The translations under genes were made by a program, and so were the position numbers. The notes under the pieces are model-generated. The model saw only the letters and a program-made list of their open reading frames with translations. It had not been told where the DNA came from and made no database searches. A stretch of 64,000 nt of DNA from Flavobacteriales bacterium (GTDB lineage Bacteria; Bacteroidota; Bacteroidia; Flavobacteriales_G; JALEGO01), in the NCBI GenBank assembly GCA_020628935.1, contig JAHDEG010000005.1, positions 79,817 through 143,816 on the forward strand, read 5' to 3'. Positions 45,630 through 55,511 of the stretch are shown piece by piece (the stretch's first letter is position 1; the number at the start of each line of letters is the position of its first letter).

Positions 45630-46709
45630 TTAAATGGAAACTATCCATCCGAAAGGATCTTTAATAACGCCTCTTCTTATCGAGTCTAAATGCTTTAGTG
45701 CTTTACTTGAAAAGCTATCGTTGTTTCTTGCAGGTAAATCAAAGTTTTCACCATCTAAACCTATTGCTGAAATATTGGCTATTGTGGCTGCGGTACCTGT
45801 GCCAAATGCTTCTAGTAACTCGCCATTTTTCATTGCTTTTATTATTTCATCTACACTAACTCGTCTTTCTTCTACATTGTAATTAAACGATTTAGCTATT
45901 TCAATAACAGAGCTACGAGTAACGCCATTTAATATGGTTGAAGTTAATGCAGGTGTAATAATTTTGTTTCCTTTCAAAACAAACATAACGTTCATTGTGC
46001 CTGATTCTTCAATATATTTGTGCTCTTTAGCGTCTGTCCACAGTAATTGGTGATATCCTTCTTTAAAGGCTAATTGAGCCGGGTATAATGACTTTGCATA
46101 ATTGCCTGCCGCCTTTGCGAAGCCTGTACCACCTTCCATAGCTCTGGTATAATACGTTTCTATTTTAACTTTAACAGGTTCTTTATAGTATGAACCTACA
46201 GGAGAAGTTATAATTAAAAACTTGTATTTATCTGATGGTCTCACTCCTAAATACTCATCTGTTGCGATCATAAAAGGACGAATGTATAATGACATTCCTT
46301 CACCTTCTGGCACCCAAAGAGAGTCCATTTTTACAAGTTGCTTGAGTGCATCTAAAAATAATTCTTCTGGAAAAGTAGGCATACACATACGTTCTGCCGA
46401 CTTATTAAACCGCTCTATATTTGCTTGTGGACGAAATAATTGAACCTTACCTTCTTTAGTTTTATAGGCTTTCATTCCTTCAAAAATGGCTTGGCCATAG
46501 TGAAAAACTAAGCAGGAAGGGTCTAAGGCTAATTTTTCATAAGCTGTGATTCTATGATTGTTCCATTTGCCGTTTTCGTAATCGGAGGTGAACATGTGAT
46601 CAGAAAAAATTCTACCAAAGGAAATTGATTCACCAAGTATTTGTTCGTTTCTACACGTTGCAGGTGAACTTATTTTAATATTTTCTTTTACATCAATCAT
46701 TCTGCTCAA
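45630..46709 (-). CDS. ilvE: Branched-chain amino acid aminotransferase (class IV)
   Basis: 359 aa. HYGQAIFEGMKAYK, LYIRPF, GTGFAKAAGNYA, EAFGTGTAA motifs. Confidence 0.85.
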   Translation of the reverse strand: MSRMIDVKENIKISSPATCRNEQILGESISFGRIFSDHMFTSDYENGKWNNHRITAYEKLALDPSCLVFHYGQAIFEGMKAYKTKEGKVQLFRPQANIERFNKSAERMCMPTFPEELFLDALKQLVKMDSLWVPEGEGMSLYIRPFMIATDEYLGVRPSDKYKFLIITSPVGSYYKEPVKVKIETYYTRAMEGGTGFAKAAGNYAKSLYPAQLAFKEGYHQLLWTDAKEHKYIEESGTMNVMFVLKGNKIITPALTSTILNGVTRSSVIEIAKSFNYNVEERRVSVDEIIKAMKNGELLEAFGTGTAATIANISAIGLDGENFDLPARNNDSFSSKALKHLDSIRRGVIKDPFGWIVSI

Positions 46710-46803
46710 TTTATTGCAAAATTACTCAAATACAGTATTATAAACAAGTGCAATTAATTTGTGTTGAAAAAACTCCGAAATTTAAATTAGGGACTAATCA
46801 GTT

Positions 46804-47556
46804 TTATATTAAACTTATTTGATTTTTTTTAATCCAACCCTGCTTATCATTAGATAATTTAATGTTAACCCAATCTTTAACTTCTCTTAGTATTTCTACT
46901 TTTAAGCCAGAATGAATTACGAATAAATTGGTTGTTGCATTTGTAGGTTCACTTTTAACATTTACCGAAGAAGTTATAATAATGCCCGATTTTTGGTTGG
47001 TGATATTATTTATTTTTAGTTTGCCAAGTGCAATACTCACTGAAAATATTATTAGAAATACAATAGAGCTGTAAAAAGATATTTTTTTAACTGCTATTTT
47101 GCTAGATAATCTAAATAGTATAAATGTTGTTGCGGTAATAAGTAACAATAAGATACTTAATATGCCCCAGCTTTTTTCGGATAGTAAATTGGCGGTTTTT
47201 TTAAATGCTAATTTAATAGGGGAGGAGTTTTGATCGGGAATTTTATCTATAATTTTTGTTCTGCAAATTTCAAGGTTAGCTTCAATATCGTTATCTGTTT
47301 CAAAGTATTTTTTAGCTTTTTCGTAGTGGAGGATGGCTTTATCTACCTGACCTAATTTAAAATAGGTGTTACCCATATTAAAAAGAAGCTCTTTTGATAG
47401 ATTGCTGCCCGAATTTAAAATACTTTCATAGGTAATTAATGCCTCTTCATACTCACCAGCAATGTATTTATTATTAGCTTGTTCAAACGTGTTTTGTGCA
47501 CTAATTAAATTTGTTAGGAGTAATATCCCCAAAATTATGTTGATGAGTTTTTTCAT
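46804..47556 (-). CDS. batE: BatE-like TPR / SH3-domain membrane protein
   Basis: Signal peptide, TPR repeats (YEEALITYESIL.., AILHYEKAKKY), TM segments, C-terminal SH3-like VKDWVNIKLSNDKQGWI. Last gene of the Bat operon. Confidence 0.6.
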   Translation of the reverse strand: MKKLINIILGILLLTNLISAQNTFEQANNKYIAGEYEEALITYESILNSGSNLSKELLFNMGNTYFKLGQVDKAILHYEKAKKYFETDNDIEANLEICRTKIIDKIPDQNSSPIKLAFKKTANLLSEKSWGILSILLLLITATTFILFRLSSKIAVKKISFYSSIVFLIIFSVSIALGKLKINNITNQKSGIIITSSVNVKSEPTNATTNLFVIHSGLKVEILREVKDWVNIKLSNDKQGWIKKNQISLI

Positions 47557-49325
47557 TTATTGTCTTCTATGTTACTTATAATAGAAATTGATTTTTCGTA
47601 AACAGAGCTCATGTTTTCATTATTGACTGGTGCAAAACGCGCCATTTCACATAATTCTAGTGTTTTAATAGTATTGTTAATTGTTTGTTCGTTTGTATTG
47701 TTTAATGCGAGTTTAAGTCTAATGGTTTCTTTTGATAATTGTGACTGGGGGATGTTAAATTTATCTTTTAAATACCCCTGAATAGCTGTGAAAACTTCTT
47801 CGTAAAAATCTTTTTCATTGTTAGATTCCATTTGTTTTTTAGCTTCAGAAAGCCTTTTAGTAGCTTGTTTATTGGCAATTTTCTTTCGGTAATTTACAGT
47901 ATCATTTTTCTGATTTTTACTGTATGTATAAAATACAATTATTGCAACAGCTGCTAAAGGAATAAAAATGAGGGATAATATGTGCGCCAAAGAGCCAAAA
48001 AAGAGCTTATTAATATTTATAGTGTCATTTTGCTTTGTTTTTATGAAACGTATGTCTTTAGACAAATTTTTAATGTTTTTTTGACTTACATTATTTTGGT
48101 ATACAACTGCCGAAGAGCTGCCTGTGCTACCTTCAACTTGAATTGATATAGGGTTTGTAGATACACTTTTATAGCTTTTATTACTAAGATTGAAAAATGA
48201 AAAATCTACTCTAGGTATTTCAAATGAACCACCAACTCTTGGTATTAAAACGTACTCCCATTCTTTAAAGCCAGAACCTTCTTTTACTTTAGGATCGTAT
48301 ACTTCAAAATCAGATGGGAACTCTATTTTTGGTTCGCTAATTAGTTTCAGATTACCAGTTCCTTTTATTCTTACTTTAAAGTTAACAGCATCATTTACGT
48401 TTACTTTTTCTTTTGATACATTGCTTGATATTGTAAATTTACCAACAGCACCATTAAAGGATTCTGGTTTTCCATTTTTAGGGAATGGAAGTACATTAAC
48501 TGTTGAGATATTACTTGCAATTGAATGTTTTACATCTTTAAAGTTGCCAAAAAAATCATCAAAAATTGATCTTCTGCTACTTTGCTGTTGTAAGCGTATT
48601 GTAACATCCATTTTCATGGGGTCGAGTTTTATTTTCCCACTTCTTTGGGGTGATAAAATAACCTTTTTGATAACGGCTGAGTAGTATTGTACACCATTAA
48701 CGTTTTCGGGTTTTAGTGAAACGTTTCCTAAATCAACATCAGTTGTCCAAAAGCCATTAAATGACGGTACTTCATTAAATTCATAGTCTACTATATTGCC
48801 TTTAGTGTAAATTTTATACGTTGCTGTAATTTGCTCTCCTTGATAAACTTTAGTTTTATTTACCGTAAGCCTAATAAATACGTCATTACTTTTTTTAGCC
48901 GTAGAGCTATTTTGGTTGGAAGCAGCATTGTTACCAGCAGACTTTGAAACCGTAATTTTAATAGGATCACTTTTTATAGTTTTTCCATTTGCAGTTGTGC
49001 TTGCACTACCAATAGTAAATTCACCTTCTTTTGTTGCAGATAATATATACGAAAAAGACATGCTTTGAGACATGCTTCCGTTTATTATTTGCATACTAGA
49101 TGATCTGTTAGGACCGCTTAATACTCTAAAGTCTTTACTTACATCAGGCACGTTTAATCTTCCTCCAGTGCCTTGTAATTCGAAGGTTAACGTAAATCTT
49201 CCTCCAACATTTATATTATTATTACTAACAGTTGCCTTTAGGCTTTGAGACAATAGGTTGGTGCATGTAAGTATAATGCAGAAAAGCGTAAGAATATGTT
49301 TCATTTTTTTTATCACAATTACCAA
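47553..49325 (-). CDS. batD: BatD-like oxygen-tolerance protein
   Basis: 590 aa. Signal peptide, long beta-rich ectodomain, one C-terminal TM. Position between the batC and batE homologs. The likely start is the internal ATG (MKHILTLF). Confidence 0.65.
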   Translation of the reverse strand: MVIVIKKMKHILTLFCIILTCTNLLSQSLKATVSNNNINVGGRFTLTFELQGTGGRLNVPDVSKDFRVLSGPNRSSSMQIINGSMSQSMSFSYILSATKEGEFTIGSASTTANGKTIKSDPIKITVSKSAGNNAASNQNSSTAKKSNDVFIRLTVNKTKVYQGEQITATYKIYTKGNIVDYEFNEVPSFNGFWTTDVDLGNVSLKPENVNGVQYYSAVIKKVILSPQRSGKIKLDPMKMDVTIRLQQQSSRRSIFDDFFGNFKDVKHSIASNISTVNVLPFPKNGKPESFNGAVGKFTISSNVSKEKVNVNDAVNFKVRIKGTGNLKLISEPKIEFPSDFEVYDPKVKEGSGFKEWEYVLIPRVGGSFEIPRVDFSFFNLSNKSYKSVSTNPISIQVEGSTGSSSAVVYQNNVSQKNIKNLSKDIRFIKTKQNDTININKLFFGSLAHILSLIFIPLAAVAIIVFYTYSKNQKNDTVNYRKKIANKQATKRLSEAKKQMESNNEKDFYEEVFTAIQGYLKDKFNIPQSQLSKETIRLKLALNNTNEQTINNTIKTLELCEMARFAPVNNENMSSVYEKSISIISNIEDNK

Positions 49326-50074
49326 TCTTTTTCAATTTTAACGCTTTTTGCTTTTTCGAGTTTAAATTTTTTATTGTCTTGCAAATCTTGCTCCCTATTT
49401 TGAATAGCCTCTAAAATGTTTTCGGCTTGTTCTTCAGACATTTCGTTTGGTCTGGGTTTTTGCTTTTCTTCGTTTTCTCCCTCTTCCTTTTGTTCCTCGT
49501 TTTTATCTTGTTTTTCTTCTTGGTCTTTTTCGTTTTCTTCGTTTTGATCTTTGTTATCTTCTTTTTGATCTTGCTCCTTGTTTTCTTCTTTATTGTCATC
49601 CTCATCCTTCTTATCATCTTTGTTATCTTGTGGAGGAGGGTTTTGAATCATTTTTTGAGCATAAGCTAAGTTGTAACGGGTGTCGTTATCCTTAGGGTTT
49701 AATCTCAGGGCATTTTTATAGGCATCAACGCTTTCTTTGTATTTTTTAGACTGTAGATAAGAATTACCCAGGTTGTGAAAAGCATTGGCTTTATTTTCTT
49801 TACTCTCTGCTACTTGTGCTGATTTTTTGAAAGCATTAATTGCTTCTTCATACTTTTCTTGTTTGTAAAGCGCATCTGCTTTATTAAATGTGGCTTCAAA
49901 CGATTTTGGATTTTTAGTTAGTGCTTGATTGTATTCGTTTATAGATTCATCATATTTTTTGTTTTCATATAACGAATTGCCGTTAACAATCTTGAATTTA
50001 TCTTGCTGTGCAATAACTGTTATTGACGTTAATAGAAACAATGTACACAACGTTATTAGTTTGTTTTTTGTCAT
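49319..50074 (-). CDS. batC: BatC-like TPR protein with K/D/E/N-rich low-complexity tail
   Basis: Signal peptide, TPR repeats (YDESINEYNQAL, YEEAINAFKKSA, YKESVDAYKNAL), then about 80 aa of DNKDDKKDEDDNKEENKEQDQKED... Confidence 0.65.
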   Translation of the reverse strand: MTKNKLITLCTLFLLTSITVIAQQDKFKIVNGNSLYENKKYDESINEYNQALTKNPKSFEATFNKADALYKQEKYEEAINAFKKSAQVAESKENKANAFHNLGNSYLQSKKYKESVDAYKNALRLNPKDNDTRYNLAYAQKMIQNPPPQDNKDDKKDEDDNKEENKEQDQKEDNKDQNEENEKDQEEKQDKNEEQKEEGENEEKQKPRPNEMSEEQAENILEAIQNREQDLQDNKKFKLEKAKSVKIEKDW

Positions 50075-51120
50075 GATTGTTCTGATGAAAAAAGGTTAAT
50101 TTTTTTTAATAGTTTACTCGATTTATTGCTCATTGAGAAGTCTATTAATAATAAGATGATGCCAATAACTAAAAAGTATTGATAATAATCGTCATAATCT
50201 ATAAACACAGTTGAGCCAAATTCTGTTTTTTCTAATTTTTCTAATTCATTCATTACAGCATCTAGTCCGCTGTTAGCGTTTGATGCTCTTACAAAAATAC
50301 CCTTACCATTTGTGGCGATTTCTGAAAGCATATTTTCATTAAGTCTTGTAATAACTGTATTTCCTTCTCTATCTTTTTTAAAGTTGCCTGAATTAGCATT
50401 GTTATTGTTGCCTGAGATTGGTATTGGAGCACCTTGTTCAGACCCCATACCAATAGTATATACAAATATTCCCTTTTCTGCTGCCAGCTGGGCTAATTTT
50501 GCTGCGTCATCTTCATGGTTTTCGCCATCGGTAATTATAATAATTGCTTTTTGAGTTGGTGATTTTGTGTTAAAAGATTCAATACCTAAATCTATAGCTG
50601 CCCCAATTGCTGTGCCCTGTGTAGGAATTAACTTTGTATTAATGGTATTAATGAAAAGTTTAGCGGCAGAATAATCAGTAGTAAGTGGAAGTTGTACATA
50701 GGCTTGCCCACCAAAAACAATTATGCCTAATCTATCATTTTTTAGTTTTTTTATTAGTTGTAACAATGCTAGTTTGGCTCTTTCTAGTCTGTTAGGACTT
50801 AAGTCTTGAGCTAGCATACTGTTTGATACATCCAGAGCAACAATAATATCTATTCCTTCCTTCTTAACTTCTTGTTCTTTAGAGCCCCATCTTGGTCTCC
50901 CGAGAGAAAAAATAATTAATATTATGCCTGTAAAAGAAAGTATGTTTTTCCATCTTATTCTCGATAAAGAAAAGTCAGGGAACACTTTTTTAAACAGATT
51001 TTTATCTACAATTTTTTTGATGGAATTATCTCGCCATTTTTTATTTATTTTGAATAGAATTATTAAAATAAACGCTACAATTGCGGCTACTAATAAATAT
51101 ATGTTATCGTATCTGTACAT
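50071..51120 (-). CDS. batB: BatB-like VWA-domain membrane protein
   Basis: N-terminal 2 TM segments. VWA MIDAS motif DIIVALDVSNSM. C-terminal TM. Confidence 0.8.
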   Translation of the reverse strand: MYRYDNIYLLVAAIVAFILIILFKINKKWRDNSIKKIVDKNLFKKVFPDFSLSRIRWKNILSFTGIILIIFSLGRPRWGSKEQEVKKEGIDIIVALDVSNSMLAQDLSPNRLERAKLALLQLIKKLKNDRLGIIVFGGQAYVQLPLTTDYSAAKLFINTINTKLIPTQGTAIGAAIDLGIESFNTKSPTQKAIIIITDGENHEDDAAKLAQLAAEKGIFVYTIGMGSEQGAPIPISGNNNNANSGNFKKDREGNTVITRLNENMLSEIATNGKGIFVRASNANSGLDAVMNELEKLEKTEFGSTVFIDYDDYYQYFLVIGIILLLIDFSMSNKSSKLLKKINLFSSEQS

Positions 51121-52125
51121 TTAAGATATTCTTCTGAAATACGTTTTATTTAAAAGGAGTTCAATAAGAATTAAAGCTGCCCCAAATAGTGCAAAAGGAA
51201 AAAATGCTTCATGTTTTCGACTGTATTGATTTACTTCATATTTCGTTTTTTCTAACTTATCAATCTGCTTGTATATTTTAGCTAAACTTTTATTATCGGT
51301 GGCTCTAAAATAACTTCCTCCCGAAACTTTAGCTATTTCTTTAAGTGTTTTTTCGTCAATATCTACTTTCATTTGTTGTGTTGTATATCTTCCAAACCTG
51401 TCTTTTGCAGGGTAGGGAGCCATTCCGTTAGTGCCAACTCCAATAGTGTAGACAGTTATTCCTTTTTGTCTTGCAATTTGAGCAGCATCAATGGGTTGTA
51501 GATCGCCCCGGTTATTTGAGCCGTCTGTAAGTAAAATAATAACTTTGCTTTTTGCCTCGCTTTCTTTTAGCCGGTTAATAGAAGTTCCAAGTCCTAATCC
51601 CATAGCAGTTCCATCTTCAATTATTCCACTTTTTACACCTGAAAATAAGCTTTTAAGTACATCGTGATCAGTAGTTATTGGGCATTGAGTAAAACTTTCT
51701 CCTGCAAAAACAACTAAGCCAATTCGGTCGGTTGGTCGTTCAGATATAAAGTCTTTAGCTACATTTTTAGAAGCTTCTAATCGGTTTGGTTTAAAATCTT
51801 GAGCGAGCATACTACTTGAAATATCCATGCTAATAACAATATCAATCCCTTCAGAAGTAATATTTTCAAAATCACTAGATGTTTGAGGTCTCGCAAGGGC
51901 TATGATTAACAGTGACAATCCTAATAGCCTAAGTATTGTTGGTATGTTAACCAACTTAGTTTTTAACGATTTTTTCTTTGATATAAATTGGGTGGAAGAA
52001 AAATGTAACTTATTACCCCATGCTTTATACTTATAAATGTACCAAACGGCAATTCCTAAAAGGGGAATAAAAAGCAAAAAGGCTTTTTTGGATGCAAACT
52101 CTATTTCATTCCAGTATTCAAACAC
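51121..52125 (-). CDS. batA: BatA-like VWA-domain membrane protein
   Basis: N-terminal TM segments. VWA MIDAS motif DIVISMDISSSM, LLTDGSNN. C-terminal TM. Confidence 0.8.
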   Translation of the reverse strand: MFEYWNEIEFASKKAFLLFIPLLGIAVWYIYKYKAWGNKLHFSSTQFISKKKSLKTKLVNIPTILRLLGLSLLIIALARPQTSSDFENITSEGIDIVISMDISSSMLAQDFKPNRLEASKNVAKDFISERPTDRIGLVVFAGESFTQCPITTDHDVLKSLFSGVKSGIIEDGTAMGLGLGTSINRLKESEAKSKVIILLTDGSNNRGDLQPIDAAQIARQKGITVYTIGVGTNGMAPYPAKDRFGRYTTQQMKVDIDEKTLKEIAKVSGGSYFRATDNKSLAKIYKQIDKLEKTKYEVNQYSRKHEAFFPFALFGAALILIELLLNKTYFRRIS

Positions 52126-53065
52126 CTTCAGTCGTATTTAAAGTAGGTTGAACAACTAACTTAGTTTCTTCAATAAATGCAAATGCATTTTCTAAGCTTA
52201 ATTCATTCTCGCTAGCAATTGGTTTTTCTTTTGCAAATTTTGCTAAATCAGAAAGAACCAAGATCTGTTTCAATTTTAATGTAACCTCGTTATTAGGAAG
52301 TGAAGTTCGAAGGTTAAGTAATATTTCTTCGGTTGTTAGCTCTAATGCATTAGTCTTGTACCTTAGTTCTATATATTCTCTAACAATATCAGATAACTCA
52401 GAATGGTACTCTTTATATTTACCATCCTGCCATAGTTTTTTGGTTTGAAGCTCTTTTAATTTGTTTTTTGCAATTATATGGGCTGGAACTACAGGCTCTT
52501 TTTTAACTGCAATTATTTTTTCCTTCTTTGGTCTTTTAACTAGCCAAATAATTAAACCAGCAAGAATGAGAAAGACGATTAACCCAATAATGATTTGTCT
52601 TTTATAAAGCTTTAAATAATCCCAAATAGTAATTTTCACTTGGTAAACCCCCTTAATATCGGCAATTTTATTCTCTTCAATTTGTATGGTGGAAACTTCT
52701 AAAACTTCTGGTTTAGAGGGGATGTCAACATTGTTTATTTTAACACTGATAGGTTCAATTACATGATAACCTGAATCAAATGAAGTAATTATTAATTTTT
52801 GAACTAGGGTTTTTTGAGATAAATCATCGGAATAAGAAGTATCAACACTATTTTTTTCAATTACCTCAATAGTATTGCCTAATGTATCATTAAAAACAGG
52901 GAGAGTAATTTCACTTGATGTTGTAGACTTGGCGGTCAACGTTAATTCTACCTGCTCACCTATTTGTATTTGATTTTGAGAGAGAGATATACCCACTTCT
53001 TGAGCATTAACTAACGATGTTGTTAATATGCTAACTAAAATAAGTATGTGCAATTTTAGCTTCAT
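52118..53065 (-). CDS. Bat-operon membrane protein of unknown function
   Basis: 315 aa. Signal peptide and one central TM (IIIGLIVFLILAGLIIWLV). Sits between DUF58 and batA, overlapping both. Confidence 0.5.
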   Translation of the reverse strand: MKLKLHILILVSILTTSLVNAQEVGISLSQNQIQIGEQVELTLTAKSTTSSEITLPVFNDTLGNTIEVIEKNSVDTSYSDDLSQKTLVQKLIITSFDSGYHVIEPISVKINNVDIPSKPEVLEVSTIQIEENKIADIKGVYQVKITIWDYLKLYKRQIIIGLIVFLILAGLIIWLVKRPKKEKIIAVKKEPVVPAHIIAKNKLKELQTKKLWQDGKYKEYHSELSDIVREYIELRYKTNALELTTEEILLNLRTSLPNNEVTLKLKQILVLSDLAKFAKEKPIASENELSLENAFAFIEETKLVVQPTLNTTEGV

Positions 53066-53937
53066 CTCTTACTTTCTCTACGTTTAAATAAATTCATTAA
53101 TGGTTTAATATAAGAGTGCTGCGTGTTAATATTTGCTACGTCAACGTTAGATTTTTTAAAGATAACTTTTCGTTCTTCTACAAACTTTAGCATTGTTGCT
53201 TTGTAATTGTTTCGAACAGCTTCATCTGACGTGTCTACTAAATTTATTTCTCCTGTTTCATTATCGAGCATTTCAATTAAGCCAACATCAGGGAGCTCTT
53301 GTTCAAGAGGATCTGCTATTTGTAAAGCAATAACATCATGCTTTTGGTTTGTTATTTTTAAGGCTTTTTCAAATCGTTGATCCATAAAGTCAGACAGTAC
53401 AAAAGCTGTACTTCTCTTCTTAATTATACTTGATAAATATTTTAATCCTACCGAGACATCAGTTTTTGTACTCTTGGGCTCAAATTCTAGCAATTCTCTA
53501 ATAATTCTTAAGATGTGTGTTCTTCCTTTTTTGGGAGGAATAAATTTTTCTATTTCATCCGTAAAAAAAATCACTCCAATCTTATCGTTATTTTTTATAG
53601 CTGAAAATGCCAGTACTGCACATATTTCGGCAATAAGCTCTTTTTTGGATTGCTTTCGAGATCCGAAATTTGATGAACCACTAAAATCAACAAGTAGCAT
53701 TACAGTTAACTCTCTTTCTTCTTCAAAAACTTTTACGTAAGGATGGTTAAAACGGGCGGTAACATTCCAGTCTATAGTACGGATAGAGTCTCCATACATA
53801 TACTCACGTACCTCACTAAAGGTCATACCTCGGCCTTTGAATGCTGAGTGGTATTCACCAGAGAAAATTTGATTAGAAAGTCCTTTCGACTTAATTTCAA
53901 TTTTTCGTACTTTTTTTATGAGTTCGCTTGTTTCCAA
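53062..53937 (-). CDS. DUF58 family protein (MoxR partner)
   Basis: 291 aa. FKGRGMTFSEVREYMYGDSIRTIDWNVTAR followed by a VWA-like LVDFSGS segment, as in DUF58 proteins next to MoxR. Confidence 0.8.
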   Translation of the reverse strand: METSELIKKVRKIEIKSKGLSNQIFSGEYHSAFKGRGMTFSEVREYMYGDSIRTIDWNVTARFNHPYVKVFEEERELTVMLLVDFSGSSNFGSRKQSKKELIAEICAVLAFSAIKNNDKIGVIFFTDEIEKFIPPKKGRTHILRIIRELLEFEPKSTKTDVSVGLKYLSSIIKKRSTAFVLSDFMDQRFEKALKITNQKHDVIALQIADPLEQELPDVGLIEMLDNETGEINLVDTSDEAVRNNYKATMLKFVEERKVIFKKSNVDVANINTQHSYIKPLMNLFKRRESKR

Positions 53938-53961
53938 TACTTGTCTAGAGTGGTAATTTAA

Positions 53962-54972
53962 TTAAGGTACTTCAACTCTATTTAAAATCTCATTAATTAC
54001 ATCAAGGCTTGTTATGTTTTCTGCTTCTGCCTCATATGTCATGCCAATTCTATGCCTCATTACGTCAACGCATATAGCTCTAACGTCTTCCGGAATTACA
54101 TATCCTCTTCTTTTAATAAAGGCATATGTTTTTGCTGCTAATGCTAAACTAATGCTCGCACGAGGAGATCCTCCAAAACTAATATAGTTTGCAAACGATT
54201 CTAAACCATACTCTTTTGGGTTTCTTGTTGCAAAAACAATATCAATAATATACTTTTCAATTTTTTCATCCATATACACTTTCTTCACTACTTCTCTAGC
54301 CTTAAGTATGTTTTCTGGAGAAATAACGGCATTAGGTTGTTGCTTTCCTGTAGGGTTTAAGTGTTGACGAATAATAAGTTTTTCTTCTTCTTTTTTTGGA
54401 TAATCTAAAACAACTTTTAACATAAAACGATCTACTTGCGCCTCTGGCAAAGGATAGGTTCCTTCTTGTTCTACTGGGTTTTGGGTTGCAAGCACCAAAA
54501 AAGGTTTAGGTAAATCAAATGTAGTGTCGCCTAATGTAATTTGTCTTTCTTGCATAGCTTCTAACAATGCGCTCTGCACTTTAGCCGGAGCACGATTAAT
54601 TTCATCGGCAAGTACAAAATTTGAAAATATAGGTCCTTTTTTTACACTAAATTCATCTGATTTTTGATTGTAAATCATGGTTCCTACGACATCGGCTGGT
54701 AGTAGATCTGGTGTAAACTGAATTCTACTAAAAGCTGCATTAATTGTTTCAGATAACGTTTTAATAGCAAGAGTTTTCGCTAAACCAGGAACGCCCTCTA
54801 ATAAAATATGTCCATCAGCGAGTAGGGCTACTAACAATCGCTCAACCATATATTTTTGGCCAACAATTACTTTGTCCATTTCTAGTGTGAGAAGATTTAT
54901 AAAAGCACTTTCCCTTTCTATTTCTTCGTTTAATGCTTTTATATCAACATTTGTAGTTAATGTGCTATCCAT
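53962..54972 (-). CDS. moxR: MoxR-family AAA+ ATPase
   Basis: 336 aa. Walker A GVPGLAKT, Walker B VLADEINRA, ATQNP sensor region. Confidence 0.9.
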   Translation of the reverse strand: MDSTLTTNVDIKALNEEIERESAFINLLTLEMDKVIVGQKYMVERLLVALLADGHILLEGVPGLAKTLAIKTLSETINAAFSRIQFTPDLLPADVVGTMIYNQKSDEFSVKKGPIFSNFVLADEINRAPAKVQSALLEAMQERQITLGDTTFDLPKPFLVLATQNPVEQEGTYPLPEAQVDRFMLKVVLDYPKKEEEKLIIRQHLNPTGKQQPNAVISPENILKAREVVKKVYMDEKIEKYIIDIVFATRNPKEYGLESFANYISFGGSPRASISLALAAKTYAFIKRRGYVIPEDVRAICVDVMRHRIGMTYEAEAENITSLDVINEILNRVEVP

Positions 54973-55050
54973 AGAATTAGTAGTTTTGGGTAAAAGTCTT
55001 GATTATAGTTTTTTAAATTATTTAATGTCTGTTAAAAGATGTTAATGGTT

Positions 55051-55058
55051 TATTTTTG
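55051..55058 (+). promoter_or_regulatory. Candidate -7 box (TAttTTTG) for the MazG-like gene
   Basis: tatttttg matches TAnnTTTG, 27 nt upstream of ATG 55086. It overlaps the TTG that the ORF track used as the start. Confidence 0.4.
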
Positions 55059-55085
55059 CAGCAAAATCAATTGATAATACAAAGT

Positions 55086-55487
55086 ATGACACTAGCAGAA
55101 GTATTAAAAAATGTTGAAGATTTTCATGACGCATTTGATGTTGAAAATGGCAAAAAACCTAGATTAGTTGGTGAGGATGTTTTTTTATTAAGACACCGCT
55201 TAATGGATGAAGAAAATGAAGAGTATTTAACTGCTTGCAAGCAAGATAATTTGGTGGAAATTGCTGATTCGTTAGGAGACCAACTATATATTTTGTGTGG
55301 AACAATACTTAAACATGGAATGCAACATGTTATTGAGGATGTGTTTAAAGAAATACAATCTAGCAATATGAGTAAGCTTGATGTAAACAAGGAGCCTATT
55401 TATAGAAGGGATGGTAAAATTTTAAAAGGGCCTAATTATTTTAAACCTAATATTAAAGGAGTTTTAGATCAACAAACTAAAGATTAA
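55086..55487 (+). CDS. MazG-like nucleoside triphosphate pyrophosphohydrolase family protein
   Basis: MTLAEVLKNVEDFHDAF...RHRLMDEENEEYL...EIADSLGDQLYILCG. An EExxE/D all-alpha NTP-PPase pattern. The start is moved to the ATG at 55086. Confidence 0.6.
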   Translation: MTLAEVLKNVEDFHDAFDVENGKKPRLVGEDVFLLRHRLMDEENEEYLTACKQDNLVEIADSLGDQLYILCGTILKHGMQHVIEDVFKEIQSSNMSKLDVNKEPIYRRDGKILKGPNYFKPNIKGVLDQQTKD

Positions 55488-55511
55488 ATTGTCTGATTAA
55501 ATAAAATAAAC

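Noticed and set aside
49411-49695. Three overlapping ORFs (K-rich, F/L-rich) inside batC
   Set aside because: These are artefacts of the purine-rich low-complexity repeat that encodes the BatC K/D/E/N tail. Any frame of such a repeat is open.
55056-55085. TTG start of the MazG-like ORF
   Set aside because: The TTG lies inside a TAnnTTTG -7 box. The ATG at 55086 (MTLAEVL...) is the likely start.
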